Notes under the pieces: model-generated | Databases searched by the model: none | Told to the model about the DNA's origin: nothing | Seen by the model: the letters and a program-made list of their open reading frames with translations, nothing else | Position numbers and translations under genes: made by a program | Shown: positions 30,526 to 40,128 of the stretch, piece after piece | Layout of the letters: the number at the start of each line of letters is the position of its first letter | Position numbering within the stretch: position 1 is the stretch's first letter | Origin: Candidatus Altimarinota bacterium | GTDB lineage: Bacteria; Patescibacteriota; Gracilibacteria; CAIRYL01 | NCBI GenBank assembly: GCA_965250085.1 | Contig: OZ252287.1 | Location: forward strand, 608,001 to 672,000 | DNA: 64,000 nucleotides | Direction: 5' to 3'

Positions 30526-31287
30526 TTAAAAATCTTGAAAAACAATGTCGGTGATTTTTAAATGATTTCTTGTAAATTCTATAGCCTTTTCAGGTGTGAA
30601 GTGCTTACACGTATAAATGTCGACAGCAAATCTACTGGTATCCCAATGGGCGATAGTTCCTGAGGTTTCCCAGTGCATCCATGCGGTTAGATTATGGATA
30701 ATGGGATCCGATAGTTTATCCATAAAAAGAACTTTGCATAAACTTTGCATATAATCTCTTATTTGTGCTTCAGAGATTGATTCGCTGAGAATGCCTGCTA
30801 TTGATAATCGCTGTCTCAATATATGAGGTGCCAACTCTCTCCAAGTTTCAGCTCCTGGATTCTGCATCGTTTTATGGACAGTGGTTTCACTTGGAGCGCC
30901 AAAAAAACTCCTAGTATGATCAACGACGGAGGGAATATTTGGAAGTGAAGCAGGTGTAGAAATGTCCACGCTCACAAAAGGGTATGTTTCTTTCTCCTCT
31001 TCATCCCAGGCATAAAGATGGATAGCAGATTGATCTTCTAATGGTACCCAACCCGAAAGTCCATATTTTGGAGAGAGATGAGTTTCTGGAATTCGTATTG
31101 GTTGAATATTTAAGGTGTCGGAAAGCTCTTTTAAATATCTTTGAATTTTTTCAACGCTAGTATCCCCAGAGCTCACGGGCTCTGGGAAAGTAGCTTCTAT
31201 TACGAGCGTGTCCCTCGGGAATGGCGATATCCCTTTTGCAGATTCTGCTTCTTTTGCCGTAGGGATATCTGTTGTATTTTGTGTCAT
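30526..31287 (-). CDS. Tandem S-adenosylmethionine decarboxylase (SpeD)-fold protein
   Basis: Two repeats: GLSGWVPLEDQSAIHLYAW...VSVDIST and WRELAP.ILRQRL...AWMHWETSG...VDIYTCKHF. Confidence 0.75.
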   Translation of the reverse strand: MTQNTTDIPTAKEAESAKGISPFPRDTLVIEATFPEPVSSGDTSVEKIQRYLKELSDTLNIQPIRIPETHLSPKYGLSGWVPLEDQSAIHLYAWDEEEKETYPFVSVDISTPASLPNIPSVVDHTRSFFGAPSETTVHKTMQNPGAETWRELAPHILRQRLSIAGILSESISEAQIRDYMQSLCKVLFMDKLSDPIIHNLTAWMHWETSGTIAHWDTSRFAVDIYTCKHFTPEKAIEFTRNHLKITDIVFQDF

Positions 31288-31313
31288 AAAGGAATTTTAT
31301 TTTCTTATCAAAA

Positions 31314-32264
31314 TCAAGCTGTAGACAGAGTAATTTGATTCACAGGTGGCATCATTCCTTCAACAAACTTTCTTAAATTTTGAAAAGTTATTACTGTTTT
31401 CGTATTTTTATCTGCATATACATCTTGAAAGCCCCAAGCAGACCCCATGATCTTATGTGCCTTGCTTCCCAAAGATGTATAGTTAATGGCGGGAGGATCC
31501 TCTCCTTCCATTTCTTGCAATGCACGGGAAAGCATACTGTGAGCAAGTGGTATAGCCATGCCTGAGCTCCTATGGGGCAATGCAATGCCCCATTCTGACA
31601 TATAAAATACCTGAGATTCATCAGAAATATCGTCATCCGTGCAATCACTCACTTTTTGTAAATATGTTTCGTATTCCAATCCAGGAAACATATCTGCAAG
31701 TTTATCTTCCCAAATCTGTTGAAAGTTTGTATACCAACCATAACAAAATCCAACGAGTGATTGTTGTTGTCTGGAAAAAAGAAAGATAGCGAATATCTGT
31801 TTCTGAAAACTCTCAATAATGCTCTGTAATGTTTTTTGTATAGGGTAAAATAAGCCCATGGGCTCAGAGCATGCTGGACATAAATAATCAGAGGGATTTA
31901 CCGGCCTCGTTCTTTCTAATTCAACCAAGGATGAGTTTTGTTGGCTTAGTGAAATATAAACATCCGATATACCAAGTACTTCTGAGCAACTTCTACGAAC
32001 ACAGGTAAGATATTCCTTCCATGGACCTCTTCCATATACATCTCGATAGGTATTTGTAAGATCTATGAAAAATTGATCCAAATGTCCATTTCTAATGGCA
32101 GTTGTTAACTTATTCGAATGTTGGAAAAATCCAACATGATATAATCCATTATCATTTCTATTATTTACTATTTCCATTCCTCCCTCATAAACAAGAGTAT
32201 CTGGTGACAAAATATCTTGTCCTGTGTCAATTTCTGCCGAACTTACATCCTCTGTATGATTCAT
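31314..32264 (-). CDS. GNAT-family acyltransferase with inserted Cys4 zinc finger
   Basis: YRDVY..GPWKE, C(x4)C...CPAC, LVGFCYG and motif A YMSEWGIALPHRSSGMA. Confidence 0.7.
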   Translation of the reverse strand: MNHTEDVSSAEIDTGQDILSPDTLVYEGGMEIVNNRNDNGLYHVGFFQHSNKLTTAIRNGHLDQFFIDLTNTYRDVYGRGPWKEYLTCVRRSCSEVLGISDVYISLSQQNSSLVELERTRPVNPSDYLCPACSEPMGLFYPIQKTLQSIIESFQKQIFAIFLFSRQQQSLVGFCYGWYTNFQQIWEDKLADMFPGLEYETYLQKVSDCTDDDISDESQVFYMSEWGIALPHRSSGMAIPLAHSMLSRALQEMEGEDPPAINYTSLGSKAHKIMGSAWGFQDVYADKNTKTVITFQNLRKFVEGMMPPVNQITLSTA

Positions 32265-32478
32265 GGGAAAAACAAATCGCAGTGAGTTGCTCTTTTTTGA
32301 TGAGGATATACATACATATGTCAAAAAACTGTCGACAATTTAGTAAAAACAATAAAACCTTTTATTTTATTCTTAAGAATGCTCAGAAATTGTTGAAATT
32401 TGGAAAAAAATGATGAGATTCACAAAAAAAGTCTCCAAAAATGACTTTCGAGGTGGTTATGATGAGTGATAAAAATTC

Positions 32479-33894
32479 TTATCGTATTAATTGCACCACC
32501 GTTTCAATATGCGGAGTATGAGGAAACATATCCACTACTTGGAGTTTTTGTATTTTCCAGCTCATTTGACGCAAAAGAGAAAGGTCTCTCGCAAGAGTTG
32601 CGGGGTTGCACGAAATAAAGACCATTTTTTTCGCAGGAATGTCTTGCAAAATTTTCATTGCTTTTGGGTGAACTCCTGACCGTGGTGGATCAACAATAAG
32701 CACATCTGGGTCTGGATACTTTTGGAGTACCTCCAGCAACGTCTGCTCAGCTTTACCACAGAAGTATTCTGTGTTCTGTGCACTATTGAGCTCAGCATTT
32801 TGTATTGCATCCCGCACGGCGTGGGGTTCCATTTCAAGTCCTATGATGTGTTTTGCATTCTTTGCGAGAAAGAGCCCGATAGCTCCCGATCCACAAAAAA
32901 TATCCATTACTGTTTCATTTTCTGAGAGTTCAGCAAATTGCTGGATGACTTCAAAAAGTTTTTTTGCTCCTAGAGTATTGGTCTGGAAAAATGAAAAAGG
33001 AGATATCTTATATTGTGTCTTCCCTATTTTTTCGAGAAGAAAATCTTCTCCCCAGATACATTTCATATCAGGATCAGCAATGAAATCACTTTTGCCGGTA
33101 TGAATGGTAACAAGAATTCCAGAAACACAAGGTAGGTTATTCTTGAGAGTTGTGACCACTTTATCCCAAAAAGTGGATGGCTTGTTTTTTGAAACAACAA
33201 AATTTACCAATATTTCTCCATTCGCTTTGGATTCACGGAGTATAAGGTTTCGCCAAAATCCTCTATGGATTTTAGGATTCCAGACGGAAAATTTGGATGC
33301 CTTCATTATTTCCTCAGCATGACTTCGAACCAAATTCATGTTTTCCGACGCCAAGAAACAATCTTTAATTGATTGTACGAGAGCCCATTTTCCTTCCGGG
33401 TGAAACCCCAGAGATGGGTTCAGGTCATGGAATACTTTTTTCCCATCTTTATCAATTTCTATTCGCATTTCTTCATATCCAAATGAAAACTCAATTTTAT
33501 TTCGATATCTAATAGTTTCTGGAGAAGGAATAATAGGAAGAATTTTTATGTCTTCAGCGTGTACATCAATATTACCCAGATGCTCGAGTGTTTCGAAAAC
33601 CAGTTGTTGCTTTATCGAAAGTTGGTCTTCATATTGTACATTTTGGAAAATACATCCAGGCATACGTTCGTATGGTGATATATGCTCAATAGGTGAAGAG
33701 CTTAAAACTTTAAGAAGCTTTGCTTCTGCATAGTTTTTTTTACTTTTGGTGATTTGAAGCTGAACTTTCTGACCCGGAAGTGCCCCTTTTACAAAAACTA
33801 CTACATTATTAATATGCACAATACCCTTGCCTCCAAGAGCAAGTTTTTCTATCGTCTCTTCAAAAATGTGTCCTGCTTTAAATTCAGAAGACAT
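32479..33894 (-). CDS. rlmD: 23S rRNA m5U1939 methyltransferase
   Basis: TRAM domain, YRNKIEF, SFFQTN, VDPPRSG, SCNPATL and DMFPHTPHIE. Confidence 0.93.
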   Translation of the reverse strand: MSSEFKAGHIFEETIEKLALGGKGIVHINNVVVFVKGALPGQKVQLQITKSKKNYAEAKLLKVLSSSPIEHISPYERMPGCIFQNVQYEDQLSIKQQLVFETLEHLGNIDVHAEDIKILPIIPSPETIRYRNKIEFSFGYEEMRIEIDKDGKKVFHDLNPSLGFHPEGKWALVQSIKDCFLASENMNLVRSHAEEIMKASKFSVWNPKIHRGFWRNLILRESKANGEILVNFVVSKNKPSTFWDKVVTTLKNNLPCVSGILVTIHTGKSDFIADPDMKCIWGEDFLLEKIGKTQYKISPFSFFQTNTLGAKKLFEVIQQFAELSENETVMDIFCGSGAIGLFLAKNAKHIIGLEMEPHAVRDAIQNAELNSAQNTEYFCGKAEQTLLEVLQKYPDPDVLIVDPPRSGVHPKAMKILQDIPAKKMVFISCNPATLARDLSLLRQMSWKIQKLQVVDMFPHTPHIETVVQLIR

Positions 33895-33932
33895 GGCAGA
33901 TTCTGTTTAGAAAAACAATATTTTTTATGACT

Positions 33933-34805
33933 TTAAAAAGGGAGATCTTCTGGCTTGATGTCACTTTCATAGTTGATTTCTGGCACATCAGTGGGTTCTG
34001 CTTTTTGTGGTGCTGGATTTTCAGAAGCGGCCTCATTCCCTACCGGTACGGCTTCTTGTCCAGCGCCTCTTCCATCAGAGGAAGGAAGATTTTGAGATGG
34101 ATGTCCGAGAGCAAGGATACTCTTGGCGTTAATTTCTGTGGTATACCTCTTTTCTCCATCAGGAGTCTCCCATGATCTGGTCTGCACATTGCCAGTAATA
34201 AATACTCGCTGTCCTTTTTTAACAATTTTTTCCGTATCGTCAGCGAGAGCACCCCAAGCAACAATGTTGTGAAACTCTGCCTCTTTTTGTTGCTCATTGG
34301 TTTCTTTGTTGGTCCAAGTGCGATTGGTGGCCACACTGAGTTTTATCACGCTTTTTCCACTGGGCGTTTGTTTTATTTCTGGATCTTGAGTGACGTTTCC
34401 CAAAACATCTGCGCGATTGAGCCCTCCAGCAACTGCAAATGAATCATCCAGTGGAGAAAGTGGCACTCGTGGATCCAGAAGAATCACTGGATCGTATGGA
34501 GAAAGAACAATCTTGGTTTTGTATTTTTTCTTTCCCTGGTCGTCTTCCCAAGAATCTGTTTTGAGCCTTCCGGAAGCATAGACTTGCGAGCCCTTGCGTG
34601 CATATTCACTGAGAAATTTGGCACTCTGTCCCCACACGGTTACCGTATGAAATGATGAGCTTATACCCTCACTTCCATCATCTTTTTGAAATTTTGATCT
34701 TACTTGAACATTGAGATCGGTGACGGACATGCCACTGGGCAAGTCTCTAACCTCTATATCTTCGGTGAGATATCCAATAATCTGTACAGAATTTACGTCT
34801 CGCAT
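33933..34805 (-). CDS. ssb: Single-stranded DNA-binding protein with two OB folds
   Basis: Two SSB repeats (NSVQIIG...G.LKTDSW; NRADVLG...GNVQTRSW) and an acidic tail ending DLPF. Confidence 0.92.
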   Translation of the reverse strand: MRDVNSVQIIGYLTEDIEVRDLPSGMSVTDLNVQVRSKFQKDDGSEGISSSFHTVTVWGQSAKFLSEYARKGSQVYASGRLKTDSWEDDQGKKKYKTKIVLSPYDPVILLDPRVPLSPLDDSFAVAGGLNRADVLGNVTQDPEIKQTPSGKSVIKLSVATNRTWTNKETNEQQKEAEFHNIVAWGALADDTEKIVKKGQRVFITGNVQTRSWETPDGEKRYTTEINAKSILALGHPSQNLPSSDGRGAGQEAVPVGNEAASENPAPQKAEPTDVPEINYESDIKPEDLPF

Positions 34806-35212
34806 GTGTGTGTGTGGAAAAGAAAAAAGCGGAAGATATTATCCCGTGCGAGAAGGTAAAAGGCAAAACAAAATGCCATTATTTTTAATCTTTGAATAAG
34901 AAAAAATAATTGCCCCTTGGAGGGTCGCTTCTTCATTGGAAAACATTTGGCGTATTTTCTCTTTCTGAGCGGAGAAACAAAAATTGCGAGGATGGACAGA
35001 GGAGGATTGCAATTTTTTCGAAGCAAAGAATGAGAAAATCCAAATTTTTCCACCGAAACAAAGGTTTTTGGTTCCTTTTTGGCTGCAAAAAGGAACTCCC
35101 TTTGCTATTACAGTTATCATCTAATGGAGATTTATCTATCATTTTTGTTGTCTTTATCTATCAATCACGATATTCTTCCGCAGAATATTTTGTGTTTCTT
35201 TGAGTTTTTAAT

Positions 35213-36415
35213 ATGGACAAGTTTCTCCGCATGGCACTCACGTTTCTGATTGTGTACTTTGCGTTGTCACTCATTCTCCCTAATCCCGACAAACAAACTC
35301 CTCTCTCTGAAGGTGATGTTGGTGTTGAAATGAAAGATGCGACCATAGCACAGGGAAATTTGGTGAGAGTCGTGGTACAAAACAATATGGAAGAAGAATT
35401 TATCCTCGGGGAGAATGAATATCCACCAGAAAATCTGATCTTTGAGAGAAGAAGCAACGGAAGATGGGAGCACATTGTTCCTGAAAATACTCAAAAAATA
35501 GAAACTCCTCTAGCTATTGCTCCGGGTCAAAAACATGAATTTTCGTTCTCGGAATACAATACCGAGATGTTTTTTGATATCGGAGAATATAGGGTAGCCA
35601 TGCGGCCGACAGAAGATCAGGAATTTATGGCACCATTTGAAGTATACAAACCTGGATTTCTTCGCACTCTCTTTCGAGCAATTTATAAGGTCATCTATAA
35701 CTCCTTTATTGCAATCCTTATGGTGACAAAAGGAAATTTAGGAGTGGCTATTATTGTGATTACTCTTGTCGTCAAAATTTTCCTCTGGGGAGTGAATCGC
35801 AAATCACTTGAATCACAGCAAAAGATGCAAAAGGTCCAGCCAGAACTGCAGAAAATCAGAGATAAGTACAAAAATGATCAGCAAAAAATGGCTTCCGAGA
35901 CCATGGCTCTTTGGAAAAAATATGATGTAAGCCCTTTTGCGGCGTTTACTCCTATATTTATCCAGTTTCCTGTCCTGATAGCCCTGTTTTATGTGATCCG
36001 TGATGGACTGTTACCACACAATCAGTATCTTCTCTATCCCCCACTCCAAGACTTTGATTTTTCTCAGATAAATGAAATCTTTCTCGGATTTTTGAATCTC
36101 GCTCACCATCCCATTGCAGACAAAGCTCTGCTTTGGCTCCCCTTTGTCGTAGCCGGATCTCAGCTCTGGGCCCTGAGACTTGCGATGAAGCGCACGGCAA
36201 AGAAGAAAGAACCAACGAAAAAGAAAGATCCTTCAGAAAAGCCATCTATGATGGGACAGATGGAGAGCATGAACAAAACCATGATGTATGTCTTTCCTAT
36301 TATGATCTTCTTTTTTACATTGAACTTCCCTGCCGGTGTGGGCATGTATTGGTGGATCTCAACGCTTATTGGTGTGGGGCAGCAGTATTTGGTGAATAAG
36401 AAGGCACATCATTGA
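35213..36415 (+). CDS. yidC: Membrane protein insertase YidC
   Basis: QP.LQKIRDKYK, IQFPVLIALF and FPAGVGMYW. Confidence 0.93.
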   Translation: MDKFLRMALTFLIVYFALSLILPNPDKQTPLSEGDVGVEMKDATIAQGNLVRVVVQNNMEEEFILGENEYPPENLIFERRSNGRWEHIVPENTQKIETPLAIAPGQKHEFSFSEYNTEMFFDIGEYRVAMRPTEDQEFMAPFEVYKPGFLRTLFRAIYKVIYNSFIAILMVTKGNLGVAIIVITLVVKIFLWGVNRKSLESQQKMQKVQPELQKIRDKYKNDQQKMASETMALWKKYDVSPFAAFTPIFIQFPVLIALFYVIRDGLLPHNQYLLYPPLQDFDFSQINEIFLGFLNLAHHPIADKALLWLPFVVAGSQLWALRLAMKRTAKKKEPTKKKDPSEKPSMMGQMESMNKTMMYVFPIMIFFFTLNFPAGVGMYWWISTLIGVGQQYLVNKKAHH

Positions 36416-36594
36416 TATTTTAATATTCGGAAGTATTGGTAATTGTATTATTCGGGATTAAAGCCTTGGAAATGTCTTGGTTGAAGGTAAGAGAATATTA
36501 TCCCTCTAATATTAAGTAAAAATTAAATAAAGCCTGTCTTTCTTTGCTTCTTTTTGCTTTTAATCATATAGTGCGAATGCTCTCTCTATTACAA

Positions 36595-37122
36595 ATGCCT
36601 AACGCTTTATTACCACAACAACGGCAAGAGGAAATCGAGCAAATGGTAGATTCGTTGATAGAAAAAAATGATAGTCCGAATAATCAATGGGAGCTGATAC
36701 AATCTATTTGTGAGTCGGAAAATATAACTCTTGAAGAATCTGACATAAAAGATATATCGGGTGCCTTGTTTAAGGAAGAGGATGAATGGAAAATTTTATT
36801 AAATAAATGTGACTCCTTATCACGAAAAATTTTTACAGTAGCGCACGAATTGGGTCACTATTTTCTCCATAAAAATGGAGATGAAGAATTTGTTGATGGA
36901 ATACTTATTCATACTCGAAATGAGGATATAAAATATCAACAAAATGAAGTAGAAGCTAATGAGTTCGCGGGTAACTTATTGATGCCTCGGAAATTTATTG
37001 AGAAAGAAATTGGTCTGCCAAGTGGCACAATAACATGGGGGAAAATAGATCTTTTAGCGTCTAAATTTAGTGTTTCCACAGTCGCTATTACTACCAGACT
37101 TAAAAACTTAGGTTATGCCTAG
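36595..37122 (+). CDS. ImmA/IrrE family metallo-endopeptidase
   Basis: FTVAHELGH, EVEANEFAGNLLMP and FSVS; start is approximate. Confidence 0.9.
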   Translation: MPNALLPQQRQEEIEQMVDSLIEKNDSPNNQWELIQSICESENITLEESDIKDISGALFKEEDEWKILLNKCDSLSRKIFTVAHELGHYFLHKNGDEEFVDGILIHTRNEDIKYQQNEVEANEFAGNLLMPRKFIEKEIGLPSGTITWGKIDLLASKFSVSTVAITTRLKNLGYA

Positions 37123-37333
37123 TAAGGACATACCACGGAAGCCCCAGGAACTGGTAAGAGAGTATTCAAGTCAACGATTCTCTTTTCCTTTTGACGATAG
37201 GTCTGACGGAGAGAAGGATGTAAATGAAAAATTGATGAAAGAAGAGCTTTTCTGGACTAAGTGCAAAAGATGGGCTACAGGTGGCATTATAGGTTTCACA
37301 ATAGGGTTCGTACTAGCACTAACTACTATTTAA
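37115..37333 (+). CDS. Short TM protein coupled to ImmA, possibly truncated
   Basis: Overlaps the ImmA stop; ends within a hydrophobic helix that overlaps the convergent gene. Confidence 0.45.
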   Translation: MPSKDIPRKPQELVREYSSQRFSFPFDDRSDGEKDVNEKLMKEELFWTKCKRWATGGIIGFTIGFVLALTTI

Positions 37334-38201
37334 TAGCTTTTTTCCAATTATTCTGAATCTTCCTCCTCATATCCGGATTATGCAGCTTCTGGATAGTGTC
37401 CTCAAAGATCATTTCCGGAGCATAGTGCGGTGAAGATGGATTCATAAATTTATGAGCCTTGTTGAGCAAGATACATTTGAAAAGTTTTTCAAAAGGGAAA
37501 AGTAAAATCTCAAAAGTTCTTTGTAAAAAGGAACTCTTATTCCCTGCTCCAAACTCCTCACTCCCGACTGACTTGATTCCTGTTTCTGCCTCTATCCGTT
37601 TCGCATTCGCCTCCTTCATCTTTTCAAAATGTTCTGCATTGTAGAGAGGCTTGAGCGTCAGGAGCCAGAAGGCAAGATAAATATCATGTTCATTTTTGAT
37701 TTTTGAGAAATCCAAGTAGTCCTCATCCACAAAAAACGAAAGGCAAAATCTGTCCTTCGTTTTTCTTTTCTTTGCCCTGAGTCCGAGAAGAGAAAAGAGG
37801 AGCGTGCTCCAAAATCGTGCTGTGTATATATGACCTTTTTTGACAATGATAAAGAGATCAATATCGCTCTCTTTTGTTGCCATTCCCATCGCTGGAGTGT
37901 TGGTGAGTGCAATACCCCGAAGAAAAGGGAAGTGCTTTAGGATACAAGTAAATTTTGCCGCTTTTTTGAGGATTTTTGCAGACATTTCCTCCCCTTCTTG
38001 TCTTCTTTTTTTCAGCTTTTCTCTATCCGAATCGATAGAAAAATATGTGCTTCCTGCATGTTCAAAAAACTGAAAATTTTCTTTGAGATCATCAGGCGAA
38101 ATCGATGGAAAAAATGTGAAGATTTCCTCACTTGAGAGAGGAAACCCCCAGAGGTTATAAAATGCAAGGGTGCCGGTAATGAGAGAGAGAGGAGGCTTCA
38201 T
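37326..38201 (-). CDS. Nucleotidyltransferase-domain protein (CPR-type)
   Basis: PFLRGIAL...SDIDLFII...RFCLSFF. Confidence 0.8.
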   Translation of the reverse strand: MKPPLSLITGTLAFYNLWGFPLSSEEIFTFFPSISPDDLKENFQFFEHAGSTYFSIDSDREKLKKRRQEGEEMSAKILKKAAKFTCILKHFPFLRGIALTNTPAMGMATKESDIDLFIIVKKGHIYTARFWSTLLFSLLGLRAKKRKTKDRFCLSFFVDEDYLDFSKIKNEHDIYLAFWLLTLKPLYNAEHFEKMKEANAKRIEAETGIKSVGSEEFGAGNKSSFLQRTFEILLFPFEKLFKCILLNKAHKFMNPSSPHYAPEMIFEDTIQKLHNPDMRRKIQNNWKKAIK

Positions 38202-38275
38202 GGTACTTACGCTTGCTGAGAATACTGCGTTTTGCCTACAATACAAACAGTTTTTTTCTTTTTCCTCTTTTTCAT

Positions 38276-38671
38276 ATGGTATTTGATTCCGTACTTCTGG
38301 CTCAAATCTTCGGCCCATTTTTTGCCATCCTTGGACTGGCACTCCTTATAAATCAAAAAACACTCCAGAAGATGGTGAGTGAAATAAAAAATAACCAACC
38401 ACTTCTTCTGTTTGGAGGTGCATTTAATCTCCTTCTGGGACTTTTTCTCATCTCAGGACACAATATGTGGGTCAAGGATTGGCCAGTCATTATCACTATC
38501 ATTGCGTGGGCTATGATTCTCAAGGGCGTATGTTTGCTTCTGTTTCCAGACTCAAGTCAAAAAATGGCTGCTGCCATGGCTTCAGGATCACAATATACTC
38601 TCAGTGGTCTCGTCATGTTGGTACTTGGCGGATATCTCTGCTATGTCAGCTGGTTCTCTGTAATTTGGTAA
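38276..38671 (+). CDS. Four-TM membrane protein
   Basis: HNMW..DWPVIITIIAW...KG motif. Confidence 0.75.
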   Translation: MVFDSVLLAQIFGPFFAILGLALLINQKTLQKMVSEIKNNQPLLLFGGAFNLLLGLFLISGHNMWVKDWPVIITIIAWAMILKGVCLLLFPDSSQKMAAAMASGSQYTLSGLVMLVLGGYLCYVSWFSVIW

Positions 38672-38675
38672 GAAA

Positions 38676-39308
38676 TTAGCCTCTGAGGATTTTTACTGCC
38701 TTTTCTGGGTCGTCTGATCCAAAGAGATAGGAGCCCGAAACAATCAAATTGGCACCTGCTTCTCGTGCAGAAGTAACAGTGACTCCACTGATACCTCCGT
38801 CAATTTCAATATCTATATCGGGATATTGAGCCCTGAGAGTACGCACTTTTCCAAGTACGTCTGATATAAAGCTCTGTCCGCTAAATCCAGGCTCCACACT
38901 CATAATCAGAACAAAATCCACAGTATCAAGCAGATCTGCAATGGCTGAAAGTTCTGTCTTTGGTTTCATCGCAATCCCCGCCTTCATACCCAAATTTTGA
39001 ATATTTTCAATAATTTCAGAAGATTTGTTTCCTGCGGCTTCGATATGAAAAGATATCATATTTGCTCCAGCTTTTTGAAACGGCTCAACATAATTTTCCG
39101 GATCACTGACCATCAGATGTACATCAAAGATTCCTTTGGTTGTAAGTCTGGAAAGGATAGGGGCTCCCATACTCAGATTTGGGACAAAATGCCCATCCAT
39201 AACATCAAAATGAAATCCTTCTTCTAGTGGCTCGAATCGATCAATTTCTGATTGGAGACATCCAAAATCAGCAGAAAGGAGTGAGGGGAATATGCGAACG
39301 TCTGGCAT
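38676..39308 (-). CDS. rpe: Ribulose-phosphate 3-epimerase
   Basis: PSLLSADF, HFDVMDGHFVPN, MSVEPGFSGQ and IDGG. Confidence 0.96.
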   Translation of the reverse strand: MPDVRIFPSLLSADFGCLQSEIDRFEPLEEGFHFDVMDGHFVPNLSMGAPILSRLTTKGIFDVHLMVSDPENYVEPFQKAGANMISFHIEAAGNKSSEIIENIQNLGMKAGIAMKPKTELSAIADLLDTVDFVLIMSVEPGFSGQSFISDVLGKVRTLRAQYPDIDIEIDGGISGVTVTSAREAGANLIVSGSYLFGSDDPEKAVKILRG

Positions 39309-39333
39309 TTGAAAAAGGGGAGAGAAGAAAAAT

Positions 39334-39621
39334 TTACTGATTATTTTTTGTTTTTGTACAAAATATACCTTTTTTGAGACTCTGTTTCTCCACAAAGTGA
39401 CATATGACATCTCTGAGTGAAACAAATGCCCAAATACTGTTGAGTACAATGAAAGGAATACTGGAAAGTAAAATGGAATACCATATGAGTAGGCCACTTC
39501 CCAGAAAATTGATTAGATCATATATAAGGTCTTCTTCACTCCATACACCCACTTGATGCAGTGTAAACGCCAAGAGAATAAGAAATGCGCCAGTGATGCC
39601 AAGGATGATAGTGATGTCCAT
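39334..39621 (-). CDS. Small membrane protein (CBU_0592-like)
   Basis: GAFLILLAF...Y.LINFLGS...F.VLN.IW. Confidence 0.7.
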   Translation of the reverse strand: MDITIILGITGAFLILLAFTLHQVGVWSEEDLIYDLINFLGSGLLIWYSILLSSIPFIVLNSIWAFVSLRDVICHFVEKQSLKKGIFCTKTKNNQ

Positions 39622-39626
39622 GAAGA

Positions 39627-40049
39627 TTACCCAAGTTGATCTACTCTTCTCTGATGTCTGCCACCTTCAAACTCTGTAGAAAGAAATGTCTCAACTGCTT
39701 TTTCCGCGATATCAAAATCAATGAGTCTTCCTCCCAATGCAAGGATCTGAGCATTATTGTGCTGGCGGGCCAGGCGGGCCATTTTTTCGTTAGTACAGAG
39801 AGCACATCTGGCTCCGGGAATACGATTGGCAGCTATGGAAATACCAATACCACTTCCGCACACGGCTATCCCAAAAATGTCATCCTCTGTGCATTTCTCG
39901 CCAATGAGTTTGCCATACTCTGGATAATCAACCGACTCCTCCGAAGAGCATCCCAGATCTTCGATTTCATATCCCTTGTCCTCCAGAAATATTTTAAGAT
40001 GTTCCTTGAGAGCATATCCAGCGTGATCAGAAGCAAGTGCTATTTTCAT
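39627..40049 (-). CDS. rpiB: Ribose-5-phosphate isomerase B
   Basis: SDHAG, CGSGIG, HNNA and FEGGRH. Confidence 0.96.
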   Translation of the reverse strand: MKIALASDHAGYALKEHLKIFLEDKGYEIEDLGCSSEESVDYPEYGKLIGEKCTEDDIFGIAVCGSGIGISIAANRIPGARCALCTNEKMARLARQHNNAQILALGGRLIDFDIAEKAVETFLSTEFEGGRHQRRVDQLG

Positions 40050-40128
40050 ATTGAAGAAGGAGGGAGAAAGTGCGAAGACATTCTCCCATTTTTTCTGTAA
40101 GTTTTTCAAGCTTCAGCTCCAAAGAATA

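Noticed and set aside
34839-35203. rnpA or yidD in the short ORFs upstream of yidC
   Set aside because: The resemblance is faint (SKK...RN, on the wrong strand); the AVxRNRxKR and CRFxPTCS motifs are missing.
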